From Octopus sinensis (Eukaryota), in NCBI RefSeq assembly GCF_006345805.1, contig NC_043017.1, positions 24,304,001-24,368,000 of the forward strand: DNA of 64,000 bases, in the 5' to 3' direction. The position numbers and the translations under genes were made by a program. This document shows positions 27,603 to 41,027 of this stretch, piece by piece. How positions within the stretch are numbered: the first letter of the stretch is position 1; each line of letters starts with the position of its first letter. The notes below the pieces were generated by a model that saw only the letters and a list, made by a program, of their open reading frames with translations, made no database searches and was not told the origin of the DNA.

Positions 27603-27906
27603 TCTTCTTCTTCTTCTTAATCCTTTTTTGCCCCTTGTGGAGCATAGGGCCGGTTTCCTTGGCGTATAGGTTCCCCACCTGCACAGGACGCCGGTCCGTC
27701 GCAGGTGAGCTGCAAGATGCAGGAGGAAAGAGTGAAAGAAAGTTGTGGCGAAAGAATCAGCAGAAGTTCGCCATTACCTTCTGCCGGAGCCGCGTGGAGC
27801 TTAGGTGTTTCGCTCATAAATACACATATCGTCCGGTCTGAGATTCGAACTCGCAATCTCTCGACTGCGAATCCGCTGCTCTAACCACTAGGCCATATGC
27901 CTCCAC
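27603..27906 (-). mobile_element. SINE related to family C, different 3' half, (AAG)n tail, 12-bp TSD
   Basis: TSD TTGAAGAAGTAT at 27591-27602 and 27907-27918. Confidence 0.85.
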
Positions 27907-28454
27907 TTGAAGAAGTATACAGACCATAAATATTTCTTTATTAACCTATAAAGGTTTTACATATAGGGGACATTATAAGGACAGACAAGGGACATTCAAG
28001 GTACAATCTCGCTTTTTACATACAGTGTAAAAAACCGGAGGGATTTACATATATTGTGAATGAGGGTTAAAAATATAAATATAAACGATGATCGGATGAG
28101 TTTTGGGTCCGGGTTAGTGAGTTAACCCGCCAGTTGGTTATCCCTTTTTGTTAAATTTTTTCCTTTCTTTTATGCTCCGACCGACCGTGCAAGCACAGCC
28201 CCGTGCATTCTCATCTTTCTTACCACTGTCGTCCGTCTTTTTCCAAACTCTCTTTGCGGCAGGCTCCTCCTCTCCAGACGGATCTTGCTGGACAGGTGGG
28301 CGGCGAAGTAATTCACCAGCCCACGTCCGGAGATGAATTGACCTGTGGCAATCCCTTTTGCTCGCGTCTTCCATACCACATCTTTCAGTATGGTTACTAC
28401 GCAGAGAAAAGCTACATTCTTTTCTTTAGCGAAAGAGGAAGGTGGTACAATCTT

Positions 28455-28840
28455 TATCGTAGCTTGCTAACCAACCACATGGTTCTGGGTTCAATCCCAC
28501 TGCATGGCACCTTGGGCAAGTGTCTTCTACTATAGCCTCGGGCCGACCAAAGCCTTGTGAGTGGATTTGGTAGACGGAAACTGAAAGAAGCCCGTCGTAT
28601 ATATGTATATTTATGTATGTGCGTGTATGTTTGTGTGTCTGCGTTTGTCCCCCTAGCATTGCTTGACAACCGATGCTGGTGTGTTTATGTCCCCGTCACT
28701 TAGCAGTTCGGCAAAAGAGACCGATAGAATAAGTACTGGGCTTACAAAGAATAAGTCCCGGGGTCGACTTGCTCGACTGAAGGCGGGGCTCCAGCATGGC
28801 CGCAGTCAAATGACTGAAACAAGTAAAAGAGTAAAAGAGA
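28455..28840 (+). mobile_element. SINE family A (5'-truncated) inside the Tx1 relic
   Basis: Matches family A. Confidence 0.9.
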
Positions 28841-29027
28841 CTCGGACGAGAGTCGTACTCTTTCCGCATCCGACAACAGCTGTTCGGCAAAGGCCATCAA
28901 CTCCCTCAACTCCTCACAGTGTACGAAGGCGTGCGTAACCGTTTCACAGGCACGCCCGCACCTCGGACACGTGGGGCGGGGTCAGTACCATGCCTTGACA
29001 ACCTTTCTCGAACCGGTAAAGCCAATC

Positions 29028-29227
29028 GGCGAGCTGGCAGAAACGTTAGCACCCCGGTCGAAATGCGTAGCCGTATTTCGTCTGCCGTTACGTTCTGAGT
29101 TCAAATTCCGCCGAGGTCGACTTTGCCTTTCATCCTTTCGGGGTCGATTAAATAAGTACTAGTTAATCGACTAAATCTGTTTGTCTGTCCCTTCTGTGTT
29201 TAGCCCCTTGTGGGTAGTAAAGAAATA
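29028..29227 (+). mobile_element. SINE family B (my label) with target-site duplication
   Basis: Head GGCGAGCTGGCAGAAACGTTAG, B box GAGTTCAAATTCC, tail ...GTAAAGAAATA; TSD GGTAAAGCCAATC at 29015-29027 and 29228-29240. Confidence 0.92.
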
Positions 29228-30128
29228 GGTAAAGCCAATCGGTAGCACAGCCAGGTCAAAGATTTCTGGTAGTTATCCAGAAATCTCGACCCGAAAGTCC
29301 TCCCGAACAAGTCGGTTAGCTGCTTCTCATCGAAACCCAGAGTCTCCCCCAGGACATTGTCGGATTTAAGCTCAACCAACCCGCTATAAAAATTCGCTGT
29401 AGTAACCCTACTGCTAGCACTGCTCACCCGAGAGGAGAGGGATAGTGCTTGTCTGCACTCCTCCCGCCAATCCCCCAACTTGGGTCTCCGCGTGATCCAT
29501 GCACCTAATTCCACCAGGGACTTTATCATTTATTTGGTTCAATCATTGGACTGCAACCACGTTGCCTTGAAGGATTTAGTCGAACAAGTCAACCCCTGTC
29601 CGTCTGATACTTGTTCTTTCGGTTTCTTTTGCTGAACCATTAAGTTACTGGACCGGAAACAAATTAACGCAGGTTCATGAGATGAGTGATGGTGGGGCCA
29701 AACACAAATACACACAACTATGTCAATAGAGTGGGTATATTATCCGAAGTATAACAATTGGTAAGAGCAGCCGTGATAAATATATAATACGGTACACTTT
29801 AGAAATTATACATATATATATCGGCGCGGGGCTATAGTATAAGACATTTACTCTAGATGCCGCGTAAAAGGACTGAACACAAAACCATGTAGTTGCAAAG
29901 TTGATATCTTAACCAAACTTCAGTCCCTCGTGCCTATAGTAATCATCTCTCTCACTCTACCCCTCCCTCCCTCAAAACTCAGCTCGAAACATGTGAATTC
30001 TCCTCCCCACAGCAAACTAATATATTCCACAAAGCGAACACTATATACTGCGCTGGATGATTCCACGAGCAAGTTTCAGTTTTAGCCTGAAGCCATAATA
30101 ACAGGACACATTGGATATTGTAATCACC

Positions 30129-30519
30129 AATGGATGGAAGCACTCCGTCGGTTACGACGACGAGGGTTCCGGTTGATCCGAATCAACGGAACAGCCTGCT
30201 CGTGAAATTAACGTGTGAGTGGCTGAGCACTCCACAGACACGTGTACCCTTAACGTAGTTCTCGGGGGTATTCAGCGTGACACAGAGAGTGACAAGGCCG
30301 GCCCTTTGAAATACAGGTACAACAGAAACAGGAAGTAAGAGTGAGAGAAAGTTGTGGTGAAAGAGTACAGCAGGGATCACCACCATCCCCTGCTGGAGCC
30401 TCGTGGAGCTTTCGGTGTTTTCGCTCAATAAATACTCACAACGCCCGGTCTGGGAATCGAAACCACGATCCTATGACCGCGAGTCCGCTGCCCTAACTAC
30501 TGGGCCATTGCGCCTCCAC
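30129..30519 (-). mobile_element. SINE family C, 10-bp TSD
   Basis: Highly similar to the 21526 copy; TSD TGTAATCACC at 30119-30128 and 30520-30529. Confidence 0.9.
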
Positions 30520-30559
30520 TGTAATCACCTACAACACTGAATCGACCAGACTTTCCGAT

Positions 30560-30720
30560 GTAGTTACACTCAAGTGATTATAATGCCATTCCAACTCTCA
30601 TTTGATTACACCTCTCTGTTCCATCGTGGCTCAAATCGTTTAACTAAATCGTCTTCGCATCGCCACGGAGGACTCCCGACTGGCTTTTTGCAATCTCTTG
30701 AATATCACTCGGCAATGCAG
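30560..30720 (-). mobile_element. RTE LINE ORF2 extreme C-terminal relic
   Basis: E*YSRDCKKPVGSPPWRCEDDLVKRF, similar to EWxPRxxKRxxGRPxxRWxDD. Confidence 0.55.
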
Positions 30721-33700
30721 CTCTAACTCAGGTTACAGAACGAGCGAAGGATTCATAGATATACTATGTCCTAAAAAGGAAAGGCTCACGGTTGGAGTTA
30801 TTTTGATCATTGGTCTGCTGGATGGAAGCTGAAAATACCACAGGACAATGTATCGCTCGATCTGCGAGAAATAGTTGCTAAATAACTGTCGAGTTACACC
30901 CTATCGTCTTCTTAATAATATATTGGATAATGTAATTGAAAAAAATAAAAGACAGAATGATCTAGGCTGGTACGCCTTTAATCATACGTAGCCTGGGGTT
31001 AAACAACAACAAGAAAGTAGCTTAACTCTGACTCATTTCAAAATAATGCAATAGAATCCATGGAAGAAGGGAGATAACTCTTAACAGTAGTACTAATGCT
31101 GATATCAAGATTACGAACTTGAACTGAGGGGCGCCTTTGTGCTGTTACTTGATTTGTTAGAAATAACAACTAAATCTCCTTCAAATTGCACGATCTTTAA
31201 ACACACACACACACACACACACACTGGTGGATGTGAGTTTACGTACAATACGTCTAAAATGTGACAAGCTATCTTTGAGTATATGTCTACTCGTTCAGCA
31301 CTAGATTGGAGCCAAAACAACGACAAAGATCATTCCTATGAAAGGGACAAACTAAACCGTTTATAAAGTAAAATATTGGCTTTATATTGTGGCAGAAGGT
31401 CAGGTACTCCAACAATTTGAAAGAAAAATTGGAGATGTGAAGCATATACGACGCATGGACGCCAAGGAAATATGTCCTATGTACCAAATGCGGTACAACC
31501 GACAGGCAAAGGATCAAAATAGGAGCCGGTTTCTTACCGAATTGTTTTATTATTACCCACAAGGGGCGAACATAGAGGGGACAATACAATCTGATGTGGG
31601 GTCAGATATACGAATGGGTTTACAAAAACAGCGAATTAAAAAATTTACAAAAATTGGTTGTCTCTGGTCGCTAAATCTTATAACACAGTGGTTCCCAAAC
31701 TTTTTCGGGCTGCCACCCCACTTGACACCCAGGTCACGTTCCTAGCACCACCACTCCACCAACTAACCATCACAAACATGGACCCCTTTCTGGAGCAAAT
31801 TCAAAGCAACGGTATTTCACAAATAAAACTTGACATAAAGAACCCATTGTTTTGTTGTTTTTACATGAAGCGCTACCCAATTATCACCTCGCTTTTCTTC
31901 AACGCCGCCTTGGAGCATTCCATCACCCCAGGGGACAATACCATCCACTTTGGAAACTATTTTGTTGAGTAGCATTCCAGGTTTCTAATAGTGGTCGAAC
32001 GCTGTTTCTGATTTCGCCATTCTGTTATTGAAAATGTCATAAATGTTCAGGCGCAAGCGTGGATATGTGGTAAGAATCTTGCTTCCCCAATCACACGGTT
32101 CCCGGTTCAGTTCCATGGCATGGCACCTCGGACAAATGTCTTCTACTATAGCTTCGGGCCAACTGAAATCACATTATCTCTGCAGTTACAGGGTGATCTA
32201 GTTACAGCTGAGTGGACTAGAGTAATGGAAAATGCAGCCTCTTGCTCAAAAACACCATGAATCACCCGGCCCAGGAATCGAAACCATGAATCACCCGGCT
32301 CAGGGAATCGAAACCCTGATCTGGTGAAGTCTTTTAAATAAAATTAGGAAAATTAATATCTCAATTAACATTACGAATTAAAAATGTACCAGACGGGAAA
32401 TTGAGTTAAAGTTTACAGTCCAGATATTGTAGTTTTACTCTATTAATAACAGTTAATAAACTTTCCTTTGTTAGGAGATAAAGTTCTAAGTTTACGTCTT
32501 GAATGACAAGACATCGTAAAAGTAATTGTTTGATAATGCTTCGGGATAAGAAAACATTTTGAAAATAGCGAGAAATAATTCCTCATTCAAAAGAGTTCGG
32601 AAAATTGGAATGTTACCGTTCTTCTCATTAAACAAATATTGCTCTTGAATAATAATATAAAATTTCATCTTGGAATAACTTTATGTTCTCGTTATTACAC
32701 ATTTCATTGGTCAAAATATAGTAATTAGAATATTAATTACGTTTTTATTCCCATTTTGACATTTTTAACTTATTTCTAATAATCTTTAAGCTGATGGGGT
32801 TGGAGAAGAGGTCCCTGCCACCGAAAGAATACGAGAAACGATGGAAGGGTGTGATGAGAAAGGTGGGTGTTAGTAACCCAGCTTAATCATTGATGAAAAG
32901 AAAAGATCGTTGCTGGGCTTTTATAGGCTGCCGGGTTCGATCCTTTAACCTTTGTGTTCGTTTTTCTTTCTTTGATTTAGTTTTATTTTTAAAAAAAGTT
33001 CTAGTCAAAGGAAAATTGAATCGGTATATAAAATACTTTTAAATCATTCGAACTCATGTAACATTTTTTGTCTTTTGTTTGTCCTGTATTGTCCCATTCT
33101 ATATAAGATCATTATGATCGTAATAAAGATACCATTTCTAATAATCTTTAAGCTGGTAATGCTACGTGTGAGTATACACCTGTTTTTGATAATAATAATA
33201 ATGATACGGTGTTAGAATCTATAATTATAGTCTTCTAAAATAGTGAAATATCTTTACGAACCTGTATTTTAAAAAAAACGCAAATAACAAATTCTCACAA
33301 TTAAAACACGTTGAAAAATAGAGGATTTGCTTTAAAGTTTACAATTTGATAATTTCTTTTAATTTGGGTCGTTTAAGTTTCCGAAAAAAAAAAAAACATT
33401 GTTTCCATTTGACATTTTTTTAAATACGAATGTCCTTCATGTTAAGCTGTTGTCACTCTTATATTTAAAACAGGGGTAGGGAAACCCTAGCACAATTGCA
33501 CTCGCAGGCTGGTATACTCGTATGTACAAAATATAGTAAATTGTAGTTCCTTCATATTTGATAAATTTAAATATTAACTAAAGTAGGAGATAACTAATGA
33601 AGTATAATATATACTCTGCTGCTCAAAAGAGAGCATAGGATTGGTTAAAATTCGAAAAATTAAACTACGTTAAACAAACAAATTACAATTTTCTCAAGAA

Positions 33701-34765
33701 AGCCAAGAGAAAAAAATGTTTTATTTTGACACATTCTACCAGTATACGAAGTTTTAAAGTGTTTAGTTAACTAGAAATTGTCTGCCGTTCAAAAGGAAAA
33801 GATCCTATCCTTTAAGTATTATTTCGTGATGTGCAAACTGATACCATGAGTTTACTTTCGGGTGGATTCATTAGGTTATTTTTTGTATTATCTGAAACAG
33901 AATACCCGCATATCGATTAACCCCCACCCCCAAGGAAAAAAAATGGATCTAATATTGACTTTTATCAGATACTTTGTGTATTTGTAGATAAATATATGAT
34001 AAATAAGACCCCAAGGTACGATGTGTAGATGCATATAATGCTGAACAGTTGTACCTGATTGATTTGGAAATTTATTTTCCCAAATTATAAATATCAGATT
34101 TTATTCGCTTGTTACTTACGCTGCATTCTGAAGCTACCCACGCTCCATTTCGACAAACACTGCTCTAAATATTACTGAACAGAAAAACTTCTGACTAGAA
34201 TTGATGGACAATTTTGCAGGGTTTTTTTAAAATTCCCAAATAACTATAAACGTACATTTGCAAACTCATCATAGACAGCGCAGAGATGCGAAGGAGGCAA
34301 GATCTAACCACCTTTGTTTTTTACTTTGTCGAACACCAACGGTCTGCACTGATAGAGGGGAAACCTGTAGATGTTTGTAGATGACTATTCAGGTACACAA
34401 CTGGAACATTTCGAAATGTCTTAAGGAAACCTATCGCTTTCCAGATTTTTTTTAACCATTTAGAAAAAAACCCCCATAGAGACTTGTTTTGTAATCTGTG
34501 GAGGGATTGGTTCAGCTTCTTTTATATTATATATATGAAAACAAAACACTCAACAGGAGCGTGTTGGATAATAGTTTTATGTATTGGTACTTAGTGAAAT
34601 GTGAACGTACTTTCGAAGAAAGAACGCTACAGAATGTAGAATTTGTGCGTGTGTTTTGGGGTTTTTTTTAAGCGTGTCTATCTGAATTAAACACTATTTT
34701 ACCGTATCGGTAGTCTGTGCTGCGAAAAAGCCAGATCTAGGTTAGGGTTAAACTGCACGCTAAAG

Positions 34766-34773
34766 TATAAATA
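34766..34773 (+). promoter_or_regulatory. Possible TATA box upstream of CHS
   Basis: TATAAATA 65 bp before the ATG; CGGAAGT and AAAATGGC lie next to the ATG. Could be chance in AT-rich DNA. Confidence 0.2.
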
Positions 34774-34837
34774 GCTTGGTGGACAGCACACTGAATTTGC
34801 ATCCTTAATTTCTTTTCATTGTAGGAACGGAAGTAAA

Positions 34838-34986
34838 ATGGCTTGTTACGATCCAGCAGAACTCGATCCAGTGGTGGTCAATGCTGCCAGCTATTGCGAT
34901 AATAAAGACAGTAAACGGCTAAATATATCGATGAGTTCTTTGTCTGACGATAATCAATCAGTATTTTCCAAAGCAAGCGATCAATC
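34838..34986 (+). CDS. CHS: CHS exon 1 (MACYDPAELD...SKASDQS), ends phase 2
   Basis: ATG at 34838; donor TC|GTAAGG; phase matches exon 2. An AG acceptor at 34823-34824 lies upstream, so the start codon is not certain. Confidence 0.7.
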
Positions 34987-37900
34987 GTAAGGGAAAAATT
35001 CTTTTACTTTCATTGCACAGACTGTTGTTTCATGCCTTTGAGTGCCACCCCAACCTGGCGGGGGGGCAAAGGTTGAATATAAACTTTTATTTCTAAGAAC
35101 AAATCACTTGTTTTAACCATTTTCTTACTAAATTTCTGTTGAAATACACTGTCTTTATCTCAATTAATTTTGAAATTAAGGAAGAATACAGTGGCCCAAA
35201 AGTAGGTTTACAGTTATCACGTAGGCATTTTAAATTTCTTTTTAAATATTTTATTACATTTAAATTTCTATCTTACAATCATATTCTTTATGCACATCTT
35301 GAACAGACAATGTTTAATCTCTAAGATGCTCGAAATGTCCTCCTTCAACATGCTAGGGCACTACCTTGAAGAATCTTTAGACGAATGAATCGACCTCAGT
35401 AGTTTTTTTTTAAGACTGTTATTTATTCTACTAGTCTTGTCTTTTGCCGAACCGCCAAGTTACGGGAACGTAAACACACAAACATCGGTTGTCAAGCGAT
35501 GGCAAGAGACACAAAGACATCCCTCAAACATACATAAATAATATACACGATGGGCTTCTTTCAGTTTCCGTCTACCAAATCCACTCACAAGGCCTTGATC
35601 GATCCGAGGCTATAGCAGAAGATACTTGCCCAATGTGTCCCGCAACACTGAACCCAAGACCAAGTGATTGGGAAGCGAGCTTCTTACCACACAGCCACGC
35701 CTTTTATATTCTACATAAACATATACTTCAACAAGAGACCTACTGTGGAACTATGCGCTTATATCTGTGATCCCTTCTTGTTAATCTTCTAATTTTTCGT
35801 TTCAGAATGTGTCCTGTCGTCTGGGATGTTTTCGAGTCACGCAATGTGGAAATGGAGACCACACCCAGTTCCAGTGTAGAATATCTTAAAATCATATTTA
35901 AGTTACTTTTTACGTGTCTACTCTGCTTGTTAGTGCTATTCTTTGGTTTCCTGAACAAACTGACTCTCGTTCAAATCAACCAACATTTAAATATAAAGAC
36001 TCATACCGGCAACCAGAACTGCAAAGAAGTGCTTTTAGTCAACACCACCATCACAAACAACAGCACGAAATCCTACACGGAAGTTACATATATTTGGGCT
36101 TTGTTTTTATGTATATCCATGCCTTATATTCAAGCTTCATTATCTCTCATTAAACGTTTTATTTTTAAAAATACTCAACCAATAAAAACGAATACATTTC
36201 TTTGGGTGAGTAACATTTATTATATTTTCAATTTGACGTCGGTTTTTCTCGGGCGGGTGTTGAGGTCTTTTGCAAGCCATTTGTTAAAAATGGAGTGTTA
36301 TCTTTATATTCATCATCAGCTACGTGCCTTATCTGCGTCCAAGGATTGGCTTGCCAAGACTTTCAAGACTCTCCAGTTCCTTCTGTGTTGTGCTGTCATA
36401 CACACAATCAGCTAGGATCTTGTTTCCAGTTCATTCTTTGATGTATTCAGTTCACGAACGTCTTTTTCTCTTCCCCTTGACGCTTCCTGTCAGTGTAGTC
36501 TTGGGAAACGACTCGCGACGCATATTTTATGTCTAAAATATGATAGCTTAGTGGACTTGATACTCGACAATAAGTGTCTTTGAACTTTCATCTTTTCTAA
36601 TACTACAGCACTTGTTGTCCTATCTTTCCAACTCATTCTACCCAATCTACGAAAGACACACATTTCAAAATCATTTATCTGCTTTTCCATTGCTCTCTAC
36701 ATTATCCAAGTTTCTGCCCAGTAAAGGGCAACTGGTACGATATAACACTTAACTAGCCTCAATGTTAGGTTGTATTTTGAGGTGAAGATCTTTTTCATCC
36801 TTATAAATATTGACATTATATTCTGTATAAGTGGCTACTGTGAATAAAGAAATGTATGTCTTGTTTTCTTTCCTATTGCTGTAACTTCCGTTTTTCTGAA
36901 CAGACAGGCTATACATTTCTTTGATTCAAACCCTCTCTCTGAATTCCTTTTATTAATTACAAAGCATTTTTGTTCAAACATTCCTACAGTCCACCATCAA
37001 CATCGTCTGTAGTGAACTCCTTCATTTTCTCCGTTCTCTGCTTCCATGTTTAACAATTCAGTGTAAATATTAACCATGCTGATTTAAGTTGAAGCAATTC
37101 AATTTAAACATCATTCGTCATCCAGTTGTGTGAATCTAAGAGAGCCTATAATGGCTCTTGATAATTTTTTTTTTAATGAAATACCCGTAATATCTTAGAG
37201 ACTGGTTTCATTCGGAATAATGGTGATATCTTGAAGTGCTACCAATTTCTAAGCCTCTATATTGCAAGTTTATTTGTATATTTGAACACATATCGCTACC
37301 ATTATTTTTGTTTTGTTTGATCTTCCATAATTTTTCTTTCTGTTGTCTTCTGTTCAGGTGAAACTAAAACCAATATTTCTCATTTATTTAACCCTACAGT
37401 TTCTTTCAAATAATATTATACATATTTCTATCGTTTTAGGTGATGGCTGTAGAAAGCTTTCATTCGATTGGTTTGTTTGTGCTGGCGTATTTGGTTTTAC
37501 CACAATTAGAAGTAACCCAAGCATTACTGGTTTTGGAAGGAATTGGTATTTTACCAAGTGTTTTCAAAGTCATGGAACAGAAGCAGCAAAAACCTATAAT
37601 CCAGCTCTTCGATTGGTTGGCCATTTTTGGACAATCGAGCATTATACTCTACTGGGTTCTTGTACGCCCTGTAAACGATGGTCGTTGGTGTTATTTGAAT
37701 TTAATCTTACCACTGTCTCTAATTTTCATATCGTTCCAGTGGTGGGATAATTATCTTGCCGTAAAGCCATCAAGCAATGTCCTGAAAAAGCTGTCGGTTT
37801 TAAGGAAAAACTTGCAAAAAACTCGTACAAGGACGTACCTAATTGTGACAATCTGGAAAGCGATCCTCTGTTTCCTCTTGGTTGTGTTCGCCGTGGGTGG

Positions 37901-40900
37901 AAAAGATGGAGATTGTTTTAAAATACTTTTCTATCGCAGGAAAATCGCTGATGGTTGTCTAGGTGGTTTGTTAAACCTGAAAAACTCTGGCTATCGCGAC
38001 GAACCCCTCATAACTGCTCTGATCAATCTACTCTCGAGTTTTTTGTGCTATCAATGCGTTAAGTTAGCTTGTAGAATACTTTGCCAGATTCCTTGCTTTG
38101 TCTTACCATTGGCAGTGTTGACACCTCTGGCACTAATTATTTTGTCTGCTATCAAAATAAATAAATTGCAATGGACAAATATACTGGGAACTTTTCAATG
38201 GATTCAGGCTAGTTATTGGAACGAGTACATGGAATGCAGCTTTGAGAAAGAACACATACTCTTGGGAATCATTTGGGTAATATCGTTATTGATTGTTGCA
38301 AACCAAATCTTTAGTTCCAAGACAGAGAGACTGGCATCAAGTGAAAAGTAAGATTCTCCATCGCCTTCTTGTAATTCTTGTTATAGTTTGTATCTTAGAG
38401 ACTGCATTTTGAAACGCATGTGTTGTGGTATCTGTCCATCCACTTCCTCTGCTGACAGCGATCAAGTTTAATTCCAAACATAACACAGTGAAGGGGCATT
38501 TGCGTGGTCGTTCGACTTGGTAATAAGAGCAGTCAAAAAAGCTTTCAAAACCTTCATTTGCTCATCAACAATCGTATTTTTATTAAATTATTATTGATTA
38601 TTTTTAGTTTCAAAAAGCTTTTGGGTTCTCCGTTTTTAAACCTCTAGCTACGCCACTCGCGGGCTGAACTCGTGTTTGAAAAAGGCCGAATGTTTGGCAT
38701 ACTAGATATAACATGACCACTGTCAAAAGAGGGAATTTGTCAACCGTGTCCACATACAGTAGACTGGCAGAATGGCTAAAACGTCGGACGAAATTACTGC
38801 GATCAACTGCCTTTTTATCGATTTTCATCAAGTTTTAAGTACTGGAGTTGATATAATATTCTTTTGATATATTCTAGACGAAAATATTTATTATAACAGA
38901 AGACTAATAGAGAACGGGACATAGACTTTGAAACTTAGTTTTGTCAATAGGTTGATGACGTAGTTAGCTTATTACAAGTAAGTACACGATATCTCAGAGG
39001 AATAACAAAATATTGATACAGGTACAGCATCGATTTTCTAGACAATGTTAGTCCAGAACCTCTTATAATCTTCACTAATTCATAGTTATGTACAAGTACT
39101 TATGGCTGTGGTAAGGAGCTTGCTTCCTAACCATATGGCTCTGCGTTCAGTCCCACCGCGTGGCAACTTGGGCAAGCGTCTTCTACTATAGCCTCGAGCC
39201 GACCAAAGCCTTGTGAGTGGATTTGGTAGCCAGAAACTAGAAGCCCGTCGTAATTATCTCCCTGTCTATCTATTTCTCTATCTATCTCTATCATGTTTCA
39301 GTAATGATCTCATTATGTATGAAGCTTACAACTACTGATATAGGTAATTAAAGAGTTTTTTTTTTAATTATGGCCTTGGTGGGATGCGGTCGCTCCCCCT
39401 TTAGCTACACCACTGGTTACATCACATTTGTTCAGTATAGATAGTTTTATTGTTTTTGGGCGGGCTTTTTCCCCGTCGGTAAACAAAAGCAATGATTTGT
39501 TGCTGTTGTTTGTATTTCCAGGTTGTTTGTCAAACCAATGTATTGTGCCATCAACTTGGAACAATTCCTGTTTCTCAACAAACGACGGAACGATTTTCGA
39601 TTCAAATCAATCGAATCAAGTGTAAGAATTGTTCGTTTATACAAATAATTGATGATACATCGATTAATACGTTCTACCTTTCTTATAAACATTATCGATT
39701 ACCAGAACTATCCTTATTATCGAATTGTATTGTGGAATAGTTATTGATCTTCTTAGTGTTTTCTGCTTAATTATTCTCGAACTTCCAAGAGAAGTCTTTA
39801 AGCTAACATTCGAATGGTTTGGAAAGACTAAAGTAAATGCGACTGGCTTAGTGGTTAGGGTGTTCCACTCACGACCGTAAGATCGCGGGTTCGATTCCGG
39901 GAGCGGGAGGTCCGTTGTGTTCTTTCTTTAGCAAAACACTTCATTTCACGTTGTTCCAGACTGTTCTGCTGTATACGAGTAACCCTGCGACGAACTGCCG
40001 TTCCATTCGGCAGTGGTGGGGCGCGTTGGGATCTTGGTCACTTACACACCGTGGAAACCGAGTGACCAGCTCTAAAAGTCATAGGGCTCGCGACAGTAAT
40101 GCCTAGAAATTGATGAGGGGCGGAATATAAGAGCCCAAAGGCGCGCGCCCGTTTGTGTAGCTCAAAGTTCTACGGAAACAAGTCCACAAATTGGTTTCAG
40201 TTTCCAGTTCGAAATCAGTTTATATAAATGATTTCTGATTTGAGCACAAGGCCTGCAGTTTTGAGAAGAGGGGCAATAAGTCGATACCATCGATTTCATT
40301 ACTTGAGTGGTACTTTATTTAATCGACGTCGTGTGAATGCAGGACTAAGTTGACATCGGCAAGATTTGAAATCAGAACCTAAAGAGTCGGAAGATTCTGC
40401 CAGCCCGCCACCTTGTTTATAAAATTAATGCCCTTTAAACCAGGCATGGGCAATCCTTTGGGAGAAACGGGCCACATAAGTCATGGATCTTCATCAGGTG
40501 GGTCGCACTGTTAAAAAAATAATATGCAAAATAATTCTTCGTTAGGCGTGCCATGCAGAAAGTCCCACAGGCAGCAGATTGCTTATCACAATATCCCACA
40601 CTTCGTGTTAATGAGGTAGGATCCAATGGCGTAGCTAGTATGTGTGCTACCCAGAGTAGCTCTTGTAAAAGTCGCCCCTTAACTCACTCGCCCCCACAGA
40701 AAGACAGCCTATACAGCAGAGCCCAAAAATACCGTTTCCATAAAAACGTCAGCTGAATCAGGCCTTCCCCAAACACTCTTTTATCTATGGTGTGGGTTTA
40801 CTCAGTAGACACTGGGCCATAAGCCTTCTGTACAGATTACATGTTCAGCCAATTGCATCTTGTCATATATATTTCATAAAAACAATTTTTATCCAACCAT

Positions 40901-40993
40901 GGACCTAAAATAAATTCGCATTTCACTCTTTTTAAAGGGATATTTATAGGTAACGAAAAGCAGAACGTATTATTGCCATTTTGTTCATGCTGT

Positions 40994-41027
<34 letters not shown>

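Larger units (their letters stand above)
27930..29525 (-). mobile_element. Tx1/L1-clade LINE 3' fragment (ORF2 C-terminus and 3' UTR), interrupted by two SINEs
   Basis: Translates as ...LTWLCYRLALPVRERLSRHG..TCPRCGRACETVTHAFVHC (CCHC knuckle)...KDVVWKTRAKG, stop at 28170. Confidence 0.8.
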
